From Dictyostelium discoideum (taxonomy: Eukaryota), in contig CM000151.3 in the NCBI GenBank assembly GCA_000004695.1, positions 1,952,001 through 2,016,000 on the forward strand: a DNA stretch of 64,000 bases. Direction: 5' to 3'. Below, piece by piece: positions 13,298 to 25,615 of this stretch. The number at the start of each line of letters is the position of its first letter. Positions within the stretch are counted from its first letter, which is position 1. Under the pieces are notes generated by a model. It made no database searches. It was not told where the DNA came from and saw only the letters and a list, made by a program, of their open reading frames with translations. The position numbers were made by a program, and so were the translations under genes.

Positions 13298-13894
13298 GTA
13301 ATAATAATAGTAATAATAATAATAATAATATAAATAATAATAAAAGAAATTCAGATATATTAGGATTAAAAAAATGGGAAGATATTATTAAATTTTTAGT
13401 AATTAATTGTTCAATTGAAACATTGAATGAATTAAAAGGAATTGAAGGTTTTCCAATTGAACATTTCTTATGTATTAATCATAGGGATATTCATGATCCA
13501 TTGAAATATGATTGGTTTGTTAAATGTATTTTATTGGAGAATAGAAAGATGCCACATTTCAGATCAACATTACAGTATATTAAAGATCAAGAGAATTTCT
13601 ACCCACATTCATGGCAATTAATAACAAAATTAGAATCGAAATTAAAGATTAAATTAACTGACGAATATTATCATTTATTCATTCATTCAATTTTAACTTA
13701 TGATTTAGAATCAATTTTAAAATTGAATACTTTAAATTTAAAATTTAAAGATCAATCTTATTATCAATCAAATGGTAATGTTGGTTTTGCAAGTTCTAAT
13801 AATTCTGTACTTTTAAATAATGTTGTAAATGATGAAAATTATAATAATAATGACCATATTGATGAATATTATCATTATAATAGTAATAAAAATT

Positions 13895-13978
<84 letters not shown>

Positions 13979-15303
13979 GAAGAAATAACAATAATAATAA
14001 GAATAGATATAGATTTAGAAATAGATATGGTATTGATGTTGGTGCAATGATTATTGGTAGTAGTGGTGGTGGTGGTGGAGGTGGAGGTGGTGGAGGTGGT
14101 GTCAATAATGATGAAGAAAATGAGGATAATAATAGTAATATTGATAATATTAATAATAGTGATGAAAATGATGAAAATTGTGAAATTAAAACTAAATTTA
14201 AAATACCAGAAACATTTGATAAAGTTTTAAATTTATTTACTTATTTTAATATAACACAATTTAAATCATTTACAGCACAAATTTTTAAGAATATGATAAA
14301 GCTATTTTTAAATAGTCCTGGTATTACTTTGGAAGAGTTATCAATGGTACCTTGTAATTTCAATATTTTTAAGAGGGAATCATTATATCTATTATTGACA
14401 TTCATTTATCAAATTAAATTTGAAAAGGTTTGTTTCATAATAAAGAATACTAAATTTCAATTCAATCTAAATGGTATTCAATTCCCACCAGATTCAATCA
14501 TTAATAAATTTCATAGAGATCATCAATTCGATGATAATTCAGTTGATCCAAAAACTTTTAAATTACTAAATTTTAAAAATCATTTACAAATAATTCAAAT
14601 TATAAATTCATTATTTGATTGGATATCATTAGTTACAAATTTAGAACAACAACAACAACAACAACAAAATAATAATGGTAATAATAATTTTTATGATCAA
14701 AAGAAAATGTTAACTTTGTTTTTACCAGTTTTTGATTATTTATATAAGAGATTATTACAAACTAGTGGTACAACATTAAAGGATATTGAAATGGTAATAG
14801 TTTTATTTAAAAAGTTTGGTATTACAATTCAAGAGGATTTCTTTAACATTTTCTTTTATTTCCTTATAAAATCAAATAAATTTAAAAAATATTTCAATTA
14901 TAAATTATCAAATCTATTAACAACACCATATGATTTAATTGATAAAAAGAAACAACCAAAATTAGAGAAATATTTTAATAGTAGTGCTTTCTCTTTTAAT
15001 CAAATTTTAAATACAAATTTTTATGATTTATTCTTAATTTTAAAAAATCATTTAAATTATCAAATTAATTTAATGCCACCACAACCTCAACAACCTCAAC
15101 AACCTCAACAACCTCATCATCAACAACAACAACAACACTACCTTAATTTTAATAATTTCATTGAAAATATTAATAATCATAATAATCATAGTATTCAACA
15201 AATTGAAAATCTTTATCATCAAGCTAATAGTATTCATGCACAATATAATAATAATAATAATAACAACAATAATAATAACAATAATAATAATAATAACAAC
15301 AAC

Positions 15304-15361
<58 letters not shown>

Positions 15362-16170
15362 GTGGTAATGATGAAATTAAAAATAAATTAAATCAAAAGG
15401 ATAGAATGATTGAAGATTTGAAATTTTTATTAGATATTGGATTAATTGGTTTAGCATTAAAATTAATTAGAGAGGAAGAAGTTTTATCAAAGGAAGAATT
15501 GAAACAAGTTATTGAAGAAATCTTAAAATCATTAGTATCGATCATATCAGTTGAAGATTTTGAATGTTTTATTCAAGATGGTTTCATTGAAATTAATGAA
15601 TTATTAAGTTTTGCTATAATAACTTCAAGATTAGATTTAATTAAAATAATTTTAGAAGATTATAATAGTGATGAAATTAATAATCAAAATGATAATGATG
15701 ATTTATTATCAAAAATTTCAAATTATTCATGTATATTTGAAACATGCCAAAATGATATTATCATTTATTTATTTTCAAAATTTAGACAACAATTAACAAA
15801 TTATGATCAAAGTAGATGGCAAGTTATTGATTCAAGTGAACCCGATTTATTCGATATTTCATTCATGAATGGTAATTTAGAGATAACTCAATTATTATTA
15901 AGTTTTTATCCAATTTATAGTGGTAATGGTAATGGTAATGGTAATAATAGTAGTAATAATAATAATAATAATAATAATGGTTGTAGATTTAAATTTAAAG
16001 AAGAAATAATTCAAAAAACTTTATTAAAAGGTTGTTTTCCTATTGTTAAATTTTATTATGAAAATGGTTTCTTCAGTAATCAATTGGTTGATTCAATTAG
16101 ACAATTACCAATTTCAAAGTTTTTACCTTGGTTAACAAATAAAAGAAAATTTGAAGAATTAGAATTTTAA
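11629..16170 (+). CDS. Member 2 of the same paralogous family; a single-exon ORF of 1513 aa with five long poly-Asn (AAT)n tracts, a poly-Thr tract, a poly-Gly tract and PQQ repeats
   Basis: It is one long ORF in AT-rich DNA. The N-terminal block SDSEVLFWKVFHNKFLLYYILKCVSLLPLEF...LYWMLYHKQFTLVIDKLISNQ is similar to ILFWKVFKNNFLKRQIFYLMLNMDIEF...FKWMIKNNLLDLIKFKLEKNQ at 24953 and to ILYFKVFKNIYINKKIWSFV at 8673. Leu/Ile/Asn-rich repeat-like modules lie downstream. No recognisable enzymatic motif is present. Confidence 0.7.
11695..11788 (+). repeat. (AAT)n of about 31 units, encoding poly-Asn near the N-terminus of family member 2. Further (AAT)n arrays of 20-35 units occur at about 12496-12594, 13240-13330, 13900-13978, 15247-15360 (same gene), 18274-18345 (FHA-BRCT gene), 23026-23140 (ARM-BTB gene) and 25523-25615 (family member 3)
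   Basis: Direct reading. The minus-strand ORFs over these tracts (poly-L, poly-Y, poly-I and so on) are frame and antisense artefacts. Confidence 0.85.
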
Positions 16171-16946
16171 ATAATAATAATAAATATAATTAATAAATTA
16201 ATAAAAAAGTTATAACAAATATGTTTCCTTTTTTTTTTGTTTTTTTTTTTTTAACAAAAAGTTTATTTTTAGAATTTAATTATTTGTTGCTCTGTACCTG
16301 GAATTTAAAAAACATAAGTACCAATCAAATGATAGAAAAAGGAAAGATTTATCATTATTATTATGGTTAATTATTTGAATACAGTGCCAGAGATTTTTAA
16401 TTACATTTTTGAGCGTATTGTGGTTAATGTCTCTTTTCCCATCTTAATATTTTTCTGCTTTGGCACATTCAACAAACCAACATGGTTAATTAATAAATTT
16501 TTGAAATAAAATAAAAAACAATTATTAAAAAATTTATTTATTAAAAAAAAAAAAAAAACAACTTAAATCTGTTTTGATAAACTTTTTTTTTAATTGTTTA
16601 TTTTTTATTTTTCTTCTTCTTCACTAAATTAATCTTTACCCAAAGAAATATATATATATATTTAAAAAAAATAATAAAAAAAAGTGTTAATTTGTTTTTA
16701 TTAAATATTTTGTTTTTATTTTTATTTTTATTTTTTTTTTTTCCACGAAAAAAAGCGCAAGTTTATTTTTTTTATTTTTTTTTATTTTTTTTATTATTTT
16801 TTAAAAACCAATTATGTCTTTCAGATAGTCGACTATCAAATAATAATTTTCAATTTGCTTAATAAAAAAAGGGTTACAATATAAATAATAATAATAATAA
16901 TACTAAATAATAATAAATAAAAAAAACATTAATATTAATAAAAAAA

Positions 16947-18274
16947 ATGTCAAAAAATAGTAATGTTACAATAGTTGATCCAGTATTAAGATTAAAACCA
17001 ACAATTGGTGGTGACCCATCTCACCCATTCTCTGATTTTAAAATTGAAATAGGTGTAAATAAAATTGGTAGAGCATCATCAAATAATATATACTTAAAAG
17101 GTGATACTTCAGTTTCAAATTATCATGCTCAACTAGGTAATTATTTATTTTTAAAATAAAAAAAATAAAAAATAAAAAAATAAAAAAATAAAAAATAAAA
17201 AAATAAAAAAATAAAAAAATAAAAAAATAAAAAATAAAATAATTCTAACTCATTTATTTATATAATTTATGTGTATATTTTTTTTTAGTATTTAATGGAG
17301 CATTCTTTTTAATTAAAGATTTAAATAGTTTAAATAAAACTATGGTTCAATATAGACCAAATGAAGATACAACTGTCTTAAAACCAAATTTAGAGTATCC
17401 AATTATTAATGGTAGTAAAATTACATTTGGCTCTGCAACAATGACACTCAGTTATATGGAAGTTCATAATAGTAATTATTCAAATGATACAATAAATACA
17501 GAGAAAAATTTTAGTTATACTGATAATAGATTAGTACCTCCATCACCACCTGAACCAAAACAACAACAACAACAACAGCAACAACAAATTAATAAACCAC
17601 AACCAATACAAAATATAAACACCACAACCACAACCACAACTACTACAACTACAACCACAGATACAGGTGCATCACTCCTATCTCCAAAATCATCAAATAA
17701 CAACAACAACAACAGCAACAACAACAGCAATACAACCACCACAACTTCATCATCTCCATCTCACCTTTTAACCACCTCTAATTCTGAAATAAAAGATATT
17801 GAAAATAATGTACACCATATAAATAGCAATAACAAAAGAAAACAAGAAGATGAAAATGTTGATAGTTTAGGTAGTTTTGACGACGATGGCAATCTGGTAA
17901 CTGTTAAAAAGCACAAATTAAATAAAATAATAGATGAAGAACACGAAGAACATGAAGAGTATGAACAAAAAGAACTAAAAGAAAAAGAAAAAGAAAAAGA
18001 AAAAGAAAAAGAAAAGAAAAAAGAAATTAAAAAGACAGTATCAAAATATAATATAGAAATTGAAGATGATTTAGAAATGGAGGAAGATGAAAAATTAAAT
18101 AACAATCAAAGTTATGATAGAACTGAACAACAAAATGATAATAATAATGATAATGATAATATTGATAATATGATGGACGAAGAGGATGATGAAATTTCTT
18201 CATCACCTCAACCAATTAGAAAAGAAAATAAAATAGTTAAAAACGATAAAAAAAAAGAGAAAAAAGAAGAAACC

Positions 18275-18347
<73 letters not shown>

Positions 18348-19369
18348 GTATTAGTAATACAAGTCAAAATAGTATAACAAGTCAACAAAGTGATATTAGC
18401 AATAATAGTAGTGGAAGTGTTTGTAAAAGGGGTAAAAGAGGTGCTGGAAAAGTAAATGATGTATATATCAATAATATAGGTATTGATATTGTAAATAGTA
18501 AAAGAAAAACATCAAAACCTGAAAGATTAGAAGAACAAATTTTACAAAAATCATCTTCATCATTATCTTCATCTTCTTCATTACCCTCGTCATCTTCATC
18601 CTCCTCATCATCATCTTCATTTGATAATAAAGAGAAAGAAGAAATAATTAATAAATCACCAAAAAAACAACAAACACCAAAAACAACAACAACAACAACA
18701 AAAACAACTACAAAAACAACATCATCAACAGCAAAAGCAAATTCAAATATAAAGATATTATTTTCAATGTTTTCAGATGATGTTGTAAAGAATTTTGAAT
18801 CAATTTGTTTAAAACTTGGTGGTTCATTAGCAAATAATTCAAAAGAATGTACACATTTGGTTAGTGATGAAATGAAAAGATCGAAAAAGATATTGGAGTG
18901 TATTTCATTTGGTAAAATTATTGTAACCTCTAAATGGTTAAAGGAAAGTAAGAAATCGAATCATTTCTTACCAGAATCACAATACCTTTTAAAGGATGAA
19001 AAAGCAGAATCAGAGTGGGATTTTAATTTGGAGAAATCTTTATCAATCGCTAGAAATAGGGTTAGTGGTAGTGCTGCTTTAAAACCGTTGTTTAATAATA
19101 TGTTGTTTTTCATAACAAAGAATTCAATACCACCAAAGGAATTCCTTAAAGAGATTATTGAAATCAATGGTGGTAATTTATTGGATGATATCAAAGATGC
19201 TGAGAACCAAGAGAATCAAAAAAAAATTATAGCCGTAATTGCAAATGCTGATAAAGATAAAAGGTCTTTAAAAAAATGGTCTGATAATTCTTATAAAGTT
19301 TTAAAAGGAGATTTCATTTTATTATCTGTACTTTCTCAACATTTAATTTATGAAGGTTGTGAAATTTAA
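16947..19369 (+). CDS. MDC1-like DNA-damage mediator: N-terminal FHA domain, a long Ser/Thr/Asn/Glu-rich middle, and C-terminal tandem BRCT domains. 2 exons: join(16947..17136, 17289..19369)
   Basis: The FHA domain is FKIEIGVNKIGRASSNNIYLKGDTSVSNYHAQLG|VFNGAFFLIKDLNSLNKTMVQYRPNEDTTVLKPNLEYPIINGSKITFGSATM (G-R core, S..HA, NGT-type beta-hairpin, ..I.FG), spanning a 152-nt gtaatt...tttttag intron. The C-terminus KLGGSLANNSKECTHLVSDEMKRSKKILECISFGKIIVTSKWLKESKKSNHFLPESQYLLKDEKAESEWDFNLEKSLSIARNR aligns closely with the gamma-H2AX-binding tandem BRCT of human MDC1 ([62 protein letters not shown]...FGFSLQDALSRARE). A second BRCT follows (MLFFITKNSIPPKEFLKEIIEINGGNLL...). Confidence 0.7.
17158..17236. 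repeat. (AAAAAATAAAAAAT)-type A-rich minisatellite inside the FHA-BRCT gene intron
   Basis: Direct reading: aaaaaataaaaaataaaaaaataaaaaaataaaaaataaaaaaataaaaaaataaaaaaataaaaaata. Confidence 0.75.
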
Positions 19370-21023
19370 AATAATAATAATAATTAAAATAAAATGGAAA
19401 AAAAAAATTAAATTTATAATTAATTAAAAAAAAAAAAAAAAAAAAAAATTTATTTTTTTAATTGTAATAGGTAATCATTAAATTTCTATATACTGAAATA
19501 AATAAAAAAATGAGATAAAAAAAAAAAAAAAAAAAAAAAAACCACATTCCGATTACAACAGATAAAGCCATAAAATTAAATTGAAGTGTGGTAAAGATAA
19601 AAATAAATTAAAAAAATTAAAATGGTGTTTGTGGGGGTGAGAATAAAAAAAAAATAAAAAAAAAAACAATTAAAAATTAAAATAAAAAAAAAAAAAAAAA
19701 ACAATAACATTTTTGACCATATTTTATAAAAAGTTCATAAAAGGAAAAATCGATTTGGTTTTTTTATTTTTATTTTTATTTTTATTTTTTTTTTTTGTTG
19801 ATTTATTATTTTTAATTTTTTTTTTTTTTTTATTTTATTATTTTTTTTTAAAAAAAAATAAATAGTTTTAAAGAAAAAAAAAAAAAATAGTTTTACATAT
19901 TTATTTGCATTCTTTTTTTTATTTTCAAATTATTATTTTTTTTTTTTGTGTGTTCATTGTTTTTAATCAAAAAATAAAAAAATAAAAAAATAAATAAATA
20001 AAAAAATAAATAAAATTTTATTTTCAGTTTTTTTTTTTTTTTTATAATAATCAAATCAGCGATAAATTTGTTTTTTATTAATATTATTATTGTTTTTTTT
20101 TATTTTTTAAATTAAAAATCTTTATTAATAAGAATTAATTATTATATAATTAAATTTTATAAATTTTGGGTTTTTTTTTTTTTTTTTGTCATAAATTATT
20201 TTATTATTTTTTATTATTTTTTTGCATACCCGAATAATTATAATTTATTCAAATTAACGTACGATTTTCAATAGCATGTAAGTTTCATAGTTTTTAACCA
20301 TAGTAGATGTAACAAACCACTTTTTTTTATTTATTTTTTTAATTGTTTTTTTTTTTTCACGTGCAGAAAAAAAAAAAAAAAAAAATGGTGTTTGTATTTT
20401 TGATTTGTTTGTTGCAAATTATTACAAATGTCAAAAAATAATTTTTTTTATTTAATTTAATTTTTTTATTTATTTATTTTTATTTATATTTTTTTTTTTT
20501 TTTTTTAATGTATTAAAATAATTATTTGTTAAAAAAAAATAAAAATTTTGGATATTATTTTTTGGTTTTTTTCAATTTTTTTTTTTTATTGGTTTTTTTT
20601 TATTTTTTTTTTCTAAACATTAATTGTTAAAACCAAAAAAAAAAAAAAAATTAATATCCAAAAAAAAAAAAAAAAAGCAAAAATAGGATAATATTCACAG
20701 GTAAAAATAAATTAAATTGATCAAAAGGGAAATTTTGTCAGGTAAATTATTTTTTTTTTTTCTTTTAGGATTCCTAAAAAAAAAAAAAAGTAAAATAAAA
20801 TAAATAAAAAAAAATTAAAAAAAAATTTTTATTTGTAAATTCAAGTTCTCTTGTTATTACAAATTTAATCAAACAAATAAGGGTTACCACCACACACCCA
20901 ATAAAAAAAAAAAAAAATTATTAACAAACAACTAGTTGGTACATAATTATATAAATTAATATATCAAAAATAATATTAATATACAAAAAATTATCATTAA
21001 AACATTTTCTGTCCACCAAACTA

Positions 21024-21059
<36 letters not shown>

Positions 21060-22053
21060 AAAAAAAAAAAAAAAAAAAAAAATTAATTGTTGTGTGTTTG
21101 AAGTTGGGTGTTTTCGGTAAAAATTTTTTTTTTTTTTTTTGGTGGTGCATTTAATAGAAATGTTGTTTGGGTAGATAGAAAAAATGAGTGGTGTGTGTGA
21201 ATAATCTAATTTTATCAATATATAATAATAATAATTATAATAATAATAATAATAATGCAATATATTTGCACTTTTTTTTTTTTTTTTTAATTTCACTTTT
21301 TTTAATTTTTTTTTTTTTAATATACAATAATTTATTATGTAATAATTTAATAATCACATCAATAATCAATTTATATATATTTAATAATTTTAATAATTAT
21401 TATTTTTACTACACACTATTTTTTTTTTTTTTTTTTTTTTCACTTTAAAAATTACAGATTTATTTTGTCACAAAAAAAAACAAAAACAAAAAAACAATTG
21501 TTATATATGTATATGTATATATATATGTATATGTATATTAAATAAACTTATAAAAAATTAAAATTTCATTTATTATAACATTTTTTTTAAAAAAAAAAAA
21601 AAAAATTAATATTAAATATAAAATTACAAGCGAAAAAAACAAAAAAGAATTTTAAAATATTAAATTACATTCATATAATCAAAGAAATCTCACCACATGA
21701 AAAAATAAAAAAATAAATAAATAAATAAAAAATAAAAAAATAAAAAATAAAAAAATAAAAAAAATAAAAAAAAAAAACAACTCCCAATTCAACCATAATA
21801 ATAAATAATAAATAATACACCCTTTTTTATCTTTTTTTATTTTTTTTTTTATTTTTTTTTATTATTTTTATTTTTTTTAAATTATTATATTATTAATTAT
21901 TAATATCATTATTATTTTAATATTCCCTCAGTAACAATAAATCATTTTTCTTAGTTTGAATTTTTAAATAATAAAAACAAAGCGCTGTAATAATTTAAAA
22001 TTTTCCATTAATAGTTAATAAATAAATTAATAAATAAATATAATAATTAAAAA
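19370..22053. other. 2.7-kb gene-free, extremely A/T-rich intergenic block containing a few complex-sequence islands (about 19545-19640, 20229-20320, 20880-20945)
   Basis: No ORF longer than about 90 aa except homopolymer translations. The islands include ccacattccgattacaacagataaagccataaaattaaattgaagtgtggtaaag and cccgaataattataatttattcaaattaacgtacgattttcaatagcatgtaagtttcatagtttttaaccatagtagatgtaacaaaccac. Confidence 0.4.
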
Positions 22054-22420
22054 ATGATGGCAGAAACAGCAGAGGATTCAGATCCAATCTCAGAAGCAGT
22101 TGGGTAAGATTATAAAGTTATATTAAAGAAAAAAAAAAAAAATAAAATAAAAAACTAGGGTTATATATATATATTATATACTAATTAATATTTTTTTTAT
22201 TTTTATTTTATATTTTTTTTTTTTTTCTAAATTAATTAATGAATTATTAGATTCATTAGTAATATACTATCAAGTGATACAGAATTACAATATAAAGGAT
22301 TAAAAGGGTTAATGATATGTCCAACTTCACTTGTTGTTGAGTTATTCAAAAATCCAGCTTACTTTTATCATATAAAAAAACATCCAAATCATAAATTTAA
22401 TAACCATAATAATCATAATG

Positions 22421-22452
<32 letters not shown>

Positions 22453-23094
22453 CCATCACCAACATCTTCAACTACATCATCAAATGGCTCATCACCTAAT
22501 AATGGAAATTCTCCAAATCATGGTTCATCATCACCTAATAATAATAATAATAATAACAATAATAACAATAATAACAATAATGTATCATCTAATACTTCAT
22601 CATCATCATCCTCTTCATCGCCACATTCATCATCATCACCAACTAATTGCCCATCGACTTTACCTCATGGAGTTGATCCATGTAATCAATGTTCACCAAA
22701 TGGGTCACCAAAATATTCAGATATTGATTTCGATAAAATCACAAAAAAAAGAAAAAGCAATATAAAAAGTTTAATTGAACTTTGTTTATCCGAAAATAGA
22801 AAAGTTCAATCATCTGCATTAAGATTATTATGGCATTTATCTGCACAAGGTATTTTTTAAAAAATTAAAAAAAACAATTTCTAAAAATAATAATAATAAT
22901 TTACTAATTTAATTTTTTTCTTTTCTATAATTAATTTAGCTGATTTAAAAGTTTTATTATTTGAAGAAGGTGTTTTAGATAAATTAAAATCGTTAATGTT
23001 TAGTGATTTTGAAAAATATAATATTAATAATAATAATAATAATAATAGTAAATACCCCAATAATAATAATAACAATAATAATAATAATAATAAC

Positions 23095-23137
<43 letters not shown>

Positions 23138-24440
23138 GTGGTTCAACATCACCAACAGATATTGCAAATGAAAGACAAATCAATGTACATAGAACAGATG
23201 TTCAATTAGCATCATCAGCAATTTTACAGAATATAACAGAATTTAGATTTGAAAAAGGTGAAATTAATCCAAACCAAGTGAAGATCGTTAATGAAGGTAT
23301 AGTTGATTTAATTCTAATACCAAGATCCAAGAGTACAGATAAAAGAGTTCAATTCTTAACAACACTCACTATTGCAAACTTATCAATGAATGATGAAAAT
23401 CATACAGCACTTACAAAATCAAAAGCATTTGATGTGGTTGAAGCATTTGTAACTTCAAATTCTTTACATATGGATTTAGTTTGTCATTGGATAACTTTAC
23501 AACCTCATATACCTTTATTACATTCAAAATATCATCAAGTTCAATTATTTGCATTATATTGTCTATATAATTTAATAAGGAATGGTATGAATTATTTAAG
23601 TAATTTAATTATATTTTTTAAAAAACAAAAAGCATATTTGCTAATTTATTTTTATTTTATTTTTAAAAAGAACAATATAAAGTTGAAGTTTGGAAAGGAT
23701 TAAGTGTAAATAATGGTGTACAAAGTATTTTCATTTTATTACATTCAATGCATCCAAAAGTTGTTGAATTAGCAAAAAAGATAGCAGATCAATTACAGAT
23801 TGAAGAACCATCAGTCACTGTGAATACAACAAAGATTGGTACAGATTTGAAAAAGTTATTTAATAATCAAGAATATTCAGATGTTATATTCACATGTGAA
23901 GGAAAGAAATTGTATGCACATAAAGCGATTTGTGCATCGAGATGCGAACAATTGAGAGCAATGTTCACTTGGGGTAAGGAATCAAAAGAACAAGATATCA
24001 ATCTACCACATACACCCTACTGTGCGATGTATGGTGTGTTAGAGTACATCTATTGTGGTCAAGCTACTATCACTTGGGAGAATGCATGTGATCTATTGCA
24101 ATGGGCTGATTTCTTTTCTTTGGCTGGTTTAAAAAGTAGTTGTGAATTTTATTTATGGCATTATATTGATTTAGAGAATGCTCCTATCATTTTGACTGTA
24201 GCTGATCGTTATCGTTGTACTCAATTAAGAAATGTAGCCGCTAACTTTGTTCTTAGAAATTGGGATAAAATTAAAGATTTTGACGTTTGGATAAATCAAG
24301 TCACTGTTGATGTTAAAAATTATATCTCTGAAAGAATTTATTCTTTAATAACTTGTTCTTGTGGTTGTATTTGTAGTTGTGTTGATGATGCTAAAAATAA
24401 TAATGCAAATTCTCCTTCTCAAATTGTTGATGAAAATTAA
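22054..24440 (+). CDS. Armadillo-like repeat plus BTB/POZ domain protein, 4 exons: join(22054..22103, 22251..22849, 22940..23584, 23671..24440)
   Basis: Exon 1 (MMAETAEDSDPISEAVG) joins exon 2 through a gtaaga...ttattag intron, and the phase was verified at all junctions. The middle part has ARM/HEAT-like repeats (VNEGIVDLILIPRSKSTDKRVQFLTTLTIANLSMNDENHTALTKSKAFDVVEAF). The C-terminal BTB domain is YSDVIFTCEGKKLYAHKAICASRCEQLRAMFTWGKESKEQDINLPHTPYCAMYGVLEYIYCGQATITWENACDLLQWADFFSLAGLKSSCEFYL. The ARM+BTB architecture is as in ARMC5 or plant ARIA. Confidence 0.7.
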
Positions 24441-24498
24441 ATCAATTAATTAAAAATAATAATCAAAATCATAATCAAAATCATATAATCATAATCAT

Positions 24499-24535
<37 letters not shown>

Positions 24536-24952
24536 AAAAAAAAAAAAAAAAAATAAAAAAAAATAAAAAAGAAATAAATAATCATTGAAATTTATAATTG
24601 TTTAAACATTAAATTAAAATGAAATAAAATAAATAAAAAAAATAAATTAAAACTTTATTTAAAAAAAAAATACCAATAGGAGGAAGTCGACTTCCTAATG
24701 CTTTTATTTATAATATTATTAGTTTCTAATGTGTCCATAACCTGATAATTGTTTTTTTTTAAAAACTAAATAAAAAAAAAAAAAAAGTTAAAAAATAATA
24801 TCTCAATTTTGAGACATTAAATATCTTTTTTTTAATTTTTTTTATTTTTTTTTTATATTTTTTTTTTTTTGATTATCTTTTTTTTTTTTCATTTTTTATT
24901 TTCAATTTTTTTTTTTTTTTTTTTTTTAAAAACAATAAGAATACATAAAGAA

Positions 24953-25520
24953 ATGAATGAAGATTTAACAAAATTAAAGAGAGAAATCATACAACAACAA
25001 CCAATGGATTATAACGAAATTTTATTTTGGAAAGTTTTTAAAAATAATTTTTTAAAAAGACAAATCTTTTATTTAATGTTGAATATGGATATTGAATTTC
25101 AAAATCATTCAAAATATTTTACTGAAAATAGAATTAAATTTGAGAATGTTTACTCATTTAAATGGATGATAAAAAATAATTTATTAGATTTAATAAAATT
25201 TAAATTGGAAAAAAACCAATATATTGATATTAGAAATAGTGATATCTGTAATTTCATTAAATCTGTCAAAATCCTCGGTGGACCTTCAAAAATAACAAAT
25301 AATCATTTAATTATCTTTAAATTATTAATTAATCAATACCAAATTCTATTTGAAAATCAACATGTTAGATTATTAGTAAGACTTGATAATCATCAATTTT
25401 TACAAATACTATTATCAGAATCAATTAAAAAATTTAAAATCACTTCAAGTCATATTTCATTTTCAATTAAAAAATGTTCAACATTAACATTAGATTTATT
25501 AAATAAATATATAAATAAAG

Positions 25521-25615
<95 letters not shown>

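Noticed and set aside
24869-24952. Annotated ORF start MIIFFFFHFLFSIFFFFFFLKTIRIHKE for family member 3
   Set aside because: The upstream 28 codons are poly-T translation. The first convincing start is ATG 24953 (MNEDLTKLK...).
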